A stretch of 63,903 bases of DNA, counting the filler, from Octopus bimaculoides (Eukaryota), in NCBI RefSeq assembly GCF_001194135.2. It is 7 parts of 6 records of this genome, joined end to end, with 100 filler letters (N's around TTAATTAATTAA, not from the genome) between each part and the next. Parts side by side here need not be neighbours in the genome. Positions count along the whole stretch, not along the records: positions 52,712 to 58,534 come from NW_026375185.1; positions 58,635 to 61,435 come from NC_068994.1; positions 61,536 to 62,766 come from NW_026389223.1; positions 62,867 to 63,903 come from NW_026380934.1; 3 more parts are not named here. One strand, written 5' to 3'. Within the stretch, counting starts at the first letter, position 1; the number at the start of each line of letters is the position of its first letter. Under the pieces are notes generated by a model. That model saw only the letters and a program-made list of their open reading frames with translations, had not been told where the DNA came from and did not search any database. A program made the position numbers and the translations under genes. This document shows, piece after piece, positions 53,570-63,903 of this stretch.

Positions 53570-55498
53570 NNNNNNNNNNNNNNNNNNNNNNNNNNNNNNN
53601 NNNNNNNNNNNNNNNNNNNNNNNNNNNNNNNNNNNNNNNNNNNNNNNNNNNNNNNNNNNNNNNNNNNNNNNNNNNNNNNNNNNNNNNNNNNNNNNNNNNN
53701 NNNNNNNNNNNNNNNNNNNNNNNNNNNNNNNNNNNNNNNNNNNNNNNNNNNNNNNNNNNNNNNNNNNNNNNNNNNNNNNNNNNNNNNNNNNNNNNNNNNN
53801 NNNNNNNNNNNNNNNNNNNNNNNNNNNNNNNNNNNNNNNNNNNNNNNNNNNNNNNNNNNNNNNNNNNNNNNNNNNNNNNNNNNNNNNNNNNNNNNNNNNN
53901 NNNNNNNNNAAAAAAAAAAAAAAAAAAAAAAAAAAGGCCCAAACCGGTCCAGTGGTGGGATAAAATCATAAATTTTCAAAACTTTTTTTCATAAAAAACT
54001 TCCCTCCATTATTTCCAAGGCTGTGGTGCAAAGAAATTGGAGAAATCCCTGTCAAATTGGAGAAAATCCAACTTATGTGGGTGTACTGACCTGAAACTTT
54101 GCTGTTCATAGCCATTTTTAATAGACCATGAAAATTTTATTGAAATAGTGTCAGATCCCAAAATCTCAAGATTTATTTAGTTCTATATCTACTACAAATC
54201 TCAAGTCCCTGTGACTTGTACTTTTGGATTTAGCTAGTTCTGAAAATACCACGAAATCGACTGTTTATTACTTGCCACAAAATAGGCTTTAAATAAATAT
54301 TTAAAAAATTGCAAAAAGGTTCTATTTTCAAGAACCTGAAAAAAATTGGCAACTGCTACCCAATGGACACATAATTTGTGTAATTTGAACAGGATTATTA
54401 CTCCAGTTTCAAAGATATGACATCACAAATATGACTAATTATTCATTAAAGCCAATTAGGTAAGATTTCAACCAATCCACTGATCATTCAGGTTGTAATA
54501 TTCCCTAAAATAGTCATCCAAATTTCACAAATGAGGTATCAAAATGTTTCTTTTTGGATGCCGTTCAAGAAAAAGTACAGCAGAAGTTAAATTTAAATTT
54601 TTTCAAAAATTCATTGTGATAACTACTTGTATGTTAAGATGCTCTGACATCTCATCACTACCATCTCTACTTTCTTTCAAACTATTCCCACCCCTAAACA
54701 ATGCAGGATAGCCATTTATCTCTTTAACAAGACACCTGCGCTTGTCCTTGTCTTATACTTTAACCTTTCAACACTTAATATAAAATCACCAACCCCCTTC
54801 GACTACCCCCCTCTACTTTGTTGTGGGGTGCTTTTCTTTTCTGTTCTTTTCTTTTTCCTGTCTTTTTGCTTTGCAAGTTACTTGGTAACCCCATTATATC
54901 CAGTAACTTGAGAAAAAACACCTAGTACACATTATAAATTGATTGGCATTAAGAAGGGCATCCAGCTGTAGAAACCATGCCAAAGCAGTCACTGGGGTAT
55001 TGTGTAGTCATTGGACCTAGTAGATTTAATATGTCTAGTAAATAATGTGAGTAATTATTTTGTATAATAATTTTATTCATTTTCTACTATAGTGTTTATT
55101 TCTAGGTTTTTATGGTATAACTTTTACAGATTTGTGTGTATGTGTGTATGTAGAAGCTATGCCAAAACAGACAATGGAGCCTGGTGTAGCCTTAGCAGCT
55201 CCTATCAAATCATCCAACCCATGCCAACATTGAACATGGACATTAAACGATCATATGACCACTACCAGTCACATGAAACTAGACAATGTAGTGCTGGATA
55301 TACAAAAATATTTGGATGGTCATGGATGGAATGCTTTTGATCATTGGTGTTCATGATTAGTTCTGACCTGGTGTTGAACAACAGTTCTAACAGCATCAAA
55401 CACATTTATTTAATGGTATCTTTTCTTTTATATTTTTCAGGCAGCGTTTTGTTCTATCACCAAGCAGTCTCGTCCTGACTCCCATCATTATAGTTAAG

Positions 55499-55990
55499 AT
55501 GACCAGTAATTCAAATGACGAATATCTGATGAAATTTCTCAACACAGAATTAAAAGAACTTAATCAACATCATATTGATCATATTGCTCTTAGGCTGAAA
55601 GAGAATAATTTATTTAACGATCATGACTGGTTAGAAAAATCAAAACTGTTAACAGAAGGATCTTCAAAATATAGCAGATTTTTTTGGAAACTATTCTGTC
55701 TCTTACGTGACCCAAAAACTGCTAAATCAACTTTTGATACTATAGTGAATTCTTTGCATGACTGTGAGCTATGGGTAGCTCACAATTTAGAATTTGCTGA
55801 TAGCACATGCAACAGAATGAAAAATAATATGGAGATTCTTGACGCTAAACAGAACATTGTTGCTAAAATTGAGTTAGATGGGACCCAGAAACTGTTCATA
55901 AAGCCAATGAGTCCTGAGTTGATTAACCAAACGCAAACTGATTTATCCCAAATTAAGAGAGAACTTTTCTTTTTTAAAGCGACAAATTGA
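55499..55990 (+). CDS. 163-aa intronless ORF, CARD/death-fold-like N-terminal ~100 aa (uncharacterised); exon probably starts at 55441
   Basis: The frame is open for 199 codons (55391-55987) in AT-rich non-repetitive DNA. It is preceded by a polypyrimidine tract and CAG acceptor at 55421-55440 with CTAAC/TTAAT branch-like motifs upstream; the ATG has A at -3. A six-helix pattern (LMKFLNTELKEL / IDHIALRLKENNLF / NDHDWLEK / YSRFFWKLFCLL / STFDTIVNSLHD / LWVAHNLE) resembles CARD spacing by eye; no HMM was run. Confidence 0.62.
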   Translation: MTSNSNDEYLMKFLNTELKELNQHHIDHIALRLKENNLFNDHDWLEKSKLLTEGSSKYSRFFWKLFCLLRDPKTAKSTFDTIVNSLHDCELWVAHNLEFADSTCNRMKNNMEILDAKQNIVAKIELDGTQKLFIKPMSPELINQTQTDLSQIKRELFFFKATN

Positions 55991-56599
55991 ATATATTGTG
56001 ACAGGATTACCAAATAATATAAACGGAAAACAAAAGCATGAAAAAAAATTGTGATAAAATGTGTTTTTCTCTCACAGTTGTTATTAAATCTTTTTAATGT
56101 TTCTTTGGCTGTTATTTTTGTGTTGTAGAAGCAAAAGTTGTTTATTTTTCCTGCCTGCCCTTCCCTCCTTTCTTTCTTTCATACTGGAACCTCTTCATCT
56201 TCTCACATAAAGATTCCACACTAGATTTTGTAGTTTTGTGAGCAGTATGATGACCTCATTAGTGCTAGTGACACACACAAAAAAGCACCTAATACATTTT
56301 AGGAAGGGTATCCAACCATAAAACCATGTCATAGCAGACACTGAGGTACCATGCTGTCTTTGGACCCATCAAACTTGTCAAACCATTCAACCCACAACAG
56401 CATGGAACATTGATGTTAAATGATGATGATGAAATACCAGCAGATGGTTCAAGTTGTATTGCTAGCACTATGTAGTTCCTCCAGCATAAACACTTAAAGT
56501 TCAAAACTGGGGAAAAGTAGACTGTAGAAGTGAAAGAATTGAAATTTAAATTTTGATTTCAATTCTAACTGAAAACTTGATAAAAAAAGTTTGAATTTC

Positions 56600-57870
56600 A
56601 TCTGCCAGTACCGCCTGACTTGCATTCGTGCCGATGGCACGTAAAAGCACCCACTATACTCTCTGAGTGGTTGGCGTTAGGAAGGGCATCCAGCTGTAGA
56701 AACTCTGCCAAATGCTGTGCGTGAGAAATCCCGGCAAGCCAAATGAGACCTAAATCTAAGGCCTCAGCCAGTCCACTTATGCGTACCTTCCTTCATTGGA
56801 CACTAAACTCCACTTGCGAAGAACTGTTGAGGCAAGTGAAATCGAAATCGAGTTAAATTCGATGACTGACACTCATGCCAATGTCGTTTCCTTCATTGGA
56901 CACGAAACTCAGCTTGCAAAGACTTATTGGGGACAGCGAAATTGTGATGTCACCTGTGCCCAGCGTCGCCTTTCTGGCACTTGTGCCCGCGGCATATGTA
57001 AGGACTTTCGAGAGAGATCGTTGCCAGTGCCCCTGGACTGGCTCTTGTGCGGGTGGCACATAAAATACACCATTTTGAGTGTGGCCGTTGCCAGTACCAC
57101 CTGACTGGCCTTCGTGCCGGTGGCACGTAAAAGCACCCACTACACTCTCTGAGTGGTTGGCGTTAGGAAGGCATCCAGCTGTAGAAACTCTGCCAATTGG
57201 AAATATGCTGTCCGTGAGAAGACCCGGCAAGCCAAGTGAAACCTAAATCTAAGGCCTCAGCCAGTCCACTTATGCATACCTTCCTTCCTTCATTGGACAC
57301 TAAACTCNNNNNNNNNNNNNNNNNNNNNNNNNNNNNNNNNNNNNNNNNNNNNNNNNNNNNNNNNNNNNNNNNNNNNNNNNNNNNNNNNNNNNNNNNNNNN
57401 NNNNNNNNNNNNNNNNNNNNNNNNNNNNNNNNNNNNNNNNNNNNNNNNNNNNNNNNNNNNNNNNNNNNNNNNNNNNNNNNNNNNNNNNNNNNGCGAAATT
57501 GTGATGTCACCTGTGCCCAGCGTCGCCTTTCTGGCACTTGTGCCCGCGGCATATGTAAGGACTTTCGAGAGAGATCGTTGCCAGTGCCCCTGGACTGGCT
57601 CTTGTGCGGGTGGCACATAAAATACACCATTTTCAGCGTGGCCGTTGCCAGTACCGCCTGACTGGCCTTCGTGCCGGTGGCACGTAAAAGTACCCATTAC
57701 ACTCTCTGAGTGGTTGACGTTAGGAAGGGCATCTAGCTGTAGAAACTCTGCCAAATCAGATTGGAGCCTGCCATAGCCATCTGGTTTCACCAGTCCTCAG
57801 TCAAATCGTCCAACCCATGCCAGCATGGAAAGCGGACGTTAAACGACGACGACGACGATGATGATGATGG
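56600..57870 (+). mobile_element. Tandemly duplicated RTE-tail-related element
   Basis: 56937-57077 is repeated identically at 57493-57633, and 56695-56810 recurs at 57180-57307. Confidence 0.8.
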
Positions 57871-58090
57871 TTATAAGGAATAGTAATAAATAGGTACAGG
57901 TATGCCTACAGGTGTAGGGGCACCTATAGGCACAGGCACGGCTGTGTGATAAGAAGCTTGCTTTCCAATAGCCTTTTTCTGAGTTCGCTTCCACCGCGTG
58001 GCACCTTGGCCACATGCCTCCTTTCATAGCCTCAAGTTGAACAAAGCTTTGTGAGTGGATTGGAAGACAGAAACTGAAAGAAACCCATCA

Positions 58091-58127
<37 letters not shown>

Positions 58128-58496
58128 GTGCGTGTGTCTTTGTATCTTTGTATCTCAGTTTGTCCCCCACCACTGCAGAGAAGAAACCAATATTTTGAGT
58201 TTCCACAATCACTTGGAACATGGAAAATGACGAAGAGTTCACTTCTATTTTTTTCAACTTGTACTTGTTTCACTTGTTGGACTGTGGACATAGTGGGGCA
58301 CAACATTGAGGGGGTTTACTCAAGTTGACCCAAACACTTTTTTAAAGTGTGGTACTTGTGTTATTGGTCCCTTTCGCTGAAATGCTTAGTTAATGGAGAT
58401 TTAAACAAACCAATACCAGTTGTTAAGCTGCCATGGGGGACTAAGCTACTGTTGGTTCAGATAGTAAGTCCTTTGATTAGGTCCTATATATATATG

Positions 58497-58531
<35 letters not shown>

Positions 58532-58634
58532 GTGNNNNNNNNNNNNNNNNNNNNNNNNNNNNNNNNNNNNNNNNNNNNTTAATTAATTAANNNNNNNNNN
58601 NNNNNNNNNNNNNNNNNNNNNNNNNNNNNNNNNN

Positions 58635-58665
<31 letters not shown>

Positions 58666-59107
58666 TTCATTTAAATGTTGCAGTTTGGGAGGTTATACTT
58701 GGTATGATAATTGATGAATCCATGTCTTTTCAAGATTGTTTTAGTATCTTTTCTCAGTTAAGTTTTTGTGATATAACCATTCGTACAATCTACTTTATTA
58801 TTATTTAGTATCATCATATTATAATTGAGCAATCATTTTTATTAATATATATAATTAATATTCTTATGTTGTAAAAATTAGATTGAACTTCATAAAATTG
58901 TGCATGTTCACCATTCTTGTATTTTGCATTTTCATATTGAGAATATATTAAAATATTCTCAATTGCAACTCAGTCTGTAACTGAGCATTTATTATAGGCC
59001 TTTATTTAGTATTTTACAGATAATTATTAACATTTCTAAGTTTGAGCTTTGTTGACAAAAATAAAAGTAATAATGAAAATACAAATTGCATTCTCAAGAC
59101 AAAAAGA

Positions 59108-59140
<33 letters not shown>

Positions 59141-59321
59141 CACTTGCTGATAATTTTCTTTTATTTCTGTTTTACAAGTTTAAGTCATTGGCTTGGTCAC
59201 TGTCTTCAAAGGTTTTAGTCATTCATACTAACTTTAGTACATATTTCAATTTGGTACTATTTTATCAATATATATTTTTAGAATGGTTAAGTTGTCTTTT
59301 AGACAAAGCATCAGAATTCAT

Positions 59322-59745
59322 GGTGGCACTCTGTCAGTTATGATGATGAGGGTTCCAGCTGATTCGATCAACAGAACAGCCTGCTCGTGAAATTAACGTG
59401 CAAGTGGCTGAGCACTCCACAGACACATGTACCCTTAACATAGTTCTCAGGGAGATTCAGCGTGACACAGAGTGTGACAAGGCTGGCCCTTTGAAATACA
59501 GGTACAACAGAAACAGGAAAAANNNNNNNNNNACAGAGTGTGACAAGGCTGGCCCTTTGAAATACAGGTACAACAGAAACAGGAAAAAAGACTGAGAAAA
59601 AGTTGTGGTGAAAGAGTACAGCAGGGTTCACCACCACCCCCTGCAGGAGCCTCATGGAGCTTTAGGTGTTTTTGCTCAATAAACACTCACAATGCTCAGT
59701 CTGGAAATTGAAAGCATGATCTTACAACCAAGAGTCTGCTGCACT
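59322..59745 (-). mobile_element. SINE family B, CpG-decayed copy
   Basis: Aligns to 30696-31012; the CpGs in the head region are lost. Confidence 0.85.
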
Positions 59746-59963
59746 TCTACATCAGAATGCATAAAGAGAGACAGAATATATAGAGACATACTTGCATGTG
59801 TTTATGTCTATGTGTGTTTGTATGTGTGTGTGCATATATGTACACATTCATGCACACACATGCTTGTGTGTGTGTTGTGTGTGATGTTGACGAAATCAAA
59901 ACCAAACAACGCATATGCGTCAAATTAAAAATATAAACTGGCAACAATTTACCCATTGTAATC

Positions 59964-60009
<46 letters not shown>

Positions 60010-60010
<1 letters not shown>

Positions 60011-60165
60011 TATTGTGTCTGGGGAGAATCATTCTCTTTTAGTGCCTTATTATTTAACACACTCACTGGTTCAATTTCCACTCATTTACTTGAGTGGAAA
60101 TTGAACCAGTGAGTGTGTTAAATAACAAAGCACTAAAAGAGAGTGACTCTCCCCAGACACAATAA
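60010..60165. repeat. Near-perfect palindrome: 75-bp arms, 6-nt loop
   Basis: 60010-60084 versus 60091-60165: four transition mismatches, all in the outer 40 bp; inner 35 bp perfect. Confidence 0.95.
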
Positions 60166-61539
60166 AATATGCTTCAACACACAAATTCGCATAAATAATC
60201 TTGCAAACTAAATCCCATAACGAAATATATATATTGTTATTTTATTCATTATTAAAAATTTTTTTTTGTCAATTAAATACACACACTGTATTCTTTTTCT
60301 TCATTCTTTAATTACTGTTATTTTATTATTTTAGTGCCGGTCCATTGTCTGGAAATCTTTCGTCACACATCTGTGACTCCTTCAGTGACACTTTTCATTT
60401 TCATGTGTGCCCTTGCTCCACTGACTCCATTCTGTTCTTCTAAGATGTGTATCTTTGTGTGTGCATGTGTCTGTGTCCTTGTATGTGTGTATGTGTGCAT
60501 GCACGTGCATGCGTGCATGTTTGTGTGTGTGTGTATGTTTGTGTGTGTGTGTATGTTTGTGTGTGTGTGTATGTTTGTGTGTGTGTCTTAGTTTTTAGTA
60601 GCAGTGTGACCTTCCCCTCAGTTCCAACCTCTCAGCTGCTGTCTTAAGACACGAGGAAAAAAAAGAAGTAAAAGGTATAGTTCCTGTATTCCTCTGTGTA
60701 TGTGTTCGTCCATGGTGTTGCTATCATAGTAGTTGTTGTTGTTGTCCTCATCAGCACCACTGCTGCTGTGGACCGTGTTAGTTGTCTTGTTGACAACATA
60801 TGGCCATCCATGCGGTTTCATGTGTGTGTGTATGGGTTTAATTTGTATGTATCCATGCCCTTTATATAGTTTTTCACATTTATCACTGGTATATGGCAGA
60901 TATATTTATATTTTCATTTATTTATTATGAGAGGTTGGGGGTGAGAGGAAGGCTACACTGCTGCTAAAAACTAAGACAAACACACAAACATACACACACA
61001 CACACATATGCACACACGTGCACACACACGTGCACACATACACACACGCACACACAAATGTGTGCGCATATTAGGATACGCATCTTAGAAGAACAGAATG
61101 CAGTAAGTGGAGCAAGAACACACACGGAAACGAAAAGTGTCACTGAAGAGGTCACATATGTGTGACAAAAGATATCCAGGCAATGGACAGGTGTTAAACT
61201 AATAAGATAACAGTAATAAATGAGTGAAGAAAAAAGAAAAATAGTACATGTGCCAAAATAAAAATTAAGTAATAAATAAAATGAGCATCCCAAAATACAA
61301 CAATATCTGTTTCAACACACGATTTCACATCAGGAATCTTCCAAAATGAATTGACAAACGAAATATATTTATATATATATGTAGTAAGTATATATATATA
61401 TGCATGTATATATGTACAGATACATGTATATATATNNNNNNNNNNNNNNNNNNNNNNNNNNNNNNNNNNNNNNNNNNNNTTAATTAATTAANNNNNNNNN
61501 NNNNNNNNNNNNNNNNNNNNNNNNNNNNNNNNNNNCTAC

Positions 61540-62330
61540 TCTCACCTTCCTCTTCAGATGATACTTGAAGAAGTTGATGAGAGATAGATAGATTGATGAA
61601 TTTGATAAAAGAACAGAAAACAATATCAATGATAGTTCAGAAATTTCTCCTACAGCTGTTTCAATGATTCTTGCATAACAAGATTATTATATAATTCAAA
61701 GGAGCCCTGTCGGCAGGAAAATTCTTCTTAAACATCAACTGCAATATTCAATACACTGTTATTTCTGTTGAAAATTCAATGAATATCGAAGATAAAAATG
61801 AAATATAGAAAAGTAGAAAGACCAGAGTGGTAGAAAGACAAAGAAAAAATAATCACGAATGTATATATAATATAAGATCTGAAGATCGTTGTTGTAAATT
61901 TGACAACTATAAACCATGTGTAGTAGTATAGATAACGAATCGAAGTACTTACCAGAACAAAGTAGTGCTAGCGGGTATTAAAGCTTGAATTATGGAGGGC
62001 TAAACGTTGCATAGCAGTGATTCAACAGACTGGTGATGGAATACCGAGACTTCAAAGAACTATGTTTTATACGCACATCGTACATTTTAGCAAGGAATGT
62101 TTGAGAATATCATTACTTTCATAGATATTAAAATCCACAAGTATCTAACATCCGATGGGATCTTCAACGTAAAGAAGGATATAGACAGGATATATAGAAG
62201 GATATATAAAGAAGGATATAGGCTCTTAAAGAAAAAAGGGGTGGAGATGTTTAATATGTGTCCAGACAGTTTCGGGTATCGCGTTGCATCTGTCAGATAA
62301 AATCTTCTAAACAACAGCCGCAAAAACAAG
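61540..62330 (+). mobile_element. Possible decayed piggyBac-like transposase remnant
   Basis: Acidic N-terminal-like stretch (DEFDKRTENNINDSSE) and VVLAGIK..LELW..GIPRLQRTM fragments resembling the LILAGV..ELW..FRxTM region; very degenerate. Confidence 0.3.
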
Positions 62331-62734
62331 TATGTTAATCACGTACTCCGAAGGTAATAGCAATATATTTTTTACAGATCAGAAGCGAATTTTTTCCCGA
62401 ATTACTCAGTTTCTCAATGATGTGTCAAACGATTTCAGGAATGCTGGATTATCATATATCAACAAAGGTCTAGAGGTAGAAAACTAAGCACACTGCATTA
62501 TAATAAAAAAAGGTTGTTATGCAAGGTATGATTCTCGTAAATTGAGTATTGAGGTGTAACCTGCATTGTACTTTGTATTATATTAGACCATATCGGAAAG
62601 GTTATGCTTCACAAACCAAGGGCTTGTGCGTATGTGTATGCGTGTGTATGTACATACATACGCATACACGCACAAACACATATACATTTATATATTTATA
62701 TATTTATATATATACTTATATATACATATGTATA

Positions 62735-62766
<32 letters not shown>

Positions 62767-63424
62767 NNNNNNNNNNNNNNNNNNNNNNNNNNNNNNNNNN
62801 NNNNNNNNNNTTAATTAATTAANNNNNNNNNNNNNNNNNNNNNNNNNNNNNNNNNNNNNNNNNNNNATAGTTTTTACCTGTAATTTTGGATTTTGTCCCT
62901 AATATTATATATATATTAAATGAAATAGAGGAATACGATTGGCAAACTAGCAATTTATTTACATTAAAATATAATATAATATAATATAATATAATATAAT
63001 ATAATATAAAAATATAATATAATATAAGAGATAAGATAACATAAACATTTTTTTAAAAACATATAAAGCCAACAATTTGTTCCGACTTATATACATTAGT
63101 TGATTTATAAAAAAATTCCTATCTACGTATACAAGCCTCTTCAAGACCTTAATTCAAAAAGACAGATGAAATTTCATGTGAAGGACTGCCAAATAACAAT
63201 TTAGCAGTCCTTTACATGGAATTTACATGGAAAGTCGAAACAAACTGTTGGCTTTATATGTTTTTTTCTAAAAATTTGTTATGTTATGTTATATTATATC
63301 TTTTATAGAATATTATATTATATTACAATGTAAATAAATTGTTAGTTTGTCAATTGAATTTTTCTATTTCATTTGATATTTGTATTTTGCATTTATACCC
63401 CTTTTTTCTGTGGTATTCATCTGC

Positions 63425-63484
63425 TGCACCAGGGAATTGGATGTTTTACATCCCTTTGAAGGAATTGTCTTTTTTCCTTTATTT

Positions 63485-63527
<43 letters not shown>

Positions 63528-63529
63528 CA

Positions 63530-63620
<91 letters not shown>
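63425..63620. repeat. Long (TTA)n microsatellite
   Basis: Direct reading. Confidence 0.95.
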
Positions 63621-63621
<1 letters not shown>

Positions 63622-63629
63622 TCGCTTAT

Positions 63630-63903
63630 TGTTTTACTTGTTTCAGTCATTTGACTGTGGCCATGCTGGAGCACCGCCTTTAGTCGAGCAAATCGACCCC
63701 AGGACTTATTCTTTGCAAGCCTAGTACTTATTCTATCGATATCTTTTGCCGAACCGCTAAGTTACGGGGACGTAAACACACCAGCATCGGTTGTCAAGCG
63801 ATGTTGGGTGGACAAGCACAGACACACAAACACACACAAACACACAGACACATACACATATACATATATACGACGGGATTCTTTCAGTTTCCGTCTACCA
63901 AAT
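63630..63903 (-). mobile_element. SINE family A, CpG-intact copy truncated by the window end
   Basis: Near-identical to 1005-1280. Confidence 0.85.

Noticed and set aside
59468-59587. Apparent ~55-bp tandem duplication across a 10-N gap
   Set aside because: Identical sequence on both sides of a short gap indicates an unmerged contig overlap.
62097-62300. 67-aa Lys/Arg-rich ORF as an independent gene
   Set aside because: It is short, partly built from a gaaggatata repeat, and lies within a probable decayed transposon segment.

Overview
AT-rich, microsatellite- and transposon-dense animal genomic DNA from a gapped draft assembly. The repeat families look like those of Octopus (coleoid cephalopod), which is my recognition and not a database result. 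Most supplied ORFs are microsatellite or N-gap artefacts. The supportable host-gene content is small. Two spliced + strand exons (34140-34318, 35847-35956) encode the central catalytic region of cytoplasmic arginyl-tRNA synthetase (RARS1-type). A separate 163-codon intronless ORF (55499-55990) behind a strong 3' splice site has a CARD/death-fold-like helical pattern. The rest is decayed mobile DNA: R4/Dong-like, Tx1/L1-like, RTE, CR1-like and Penelope-like retroelements, mariner/Tc1 fragments, MITEs, Helentron-like ends and several tRNA- or RTE-related SINE families. Six 100-bp gaps contain an artificial TTAATTAATTAA linker, so contig order across them is uncertain. No multi-gene system is demonstrable. 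The best leads are: (i) the CARD-like exon, which lies in the same CpG-depleted domain as the ArgRS exons and is frame-compatible with the last ArgRS donor; (ii) minimal hammerhead-like motifs with a variant core in Penelope-type terminal repeats; (iii) a CpG-decay domain readable from SINE copies; (iv) long near-perfect hairpins; and (v) a candidate restorative A-to-I recoding site in ArgRS. Repeat boundaries are approximate and were read by eye.
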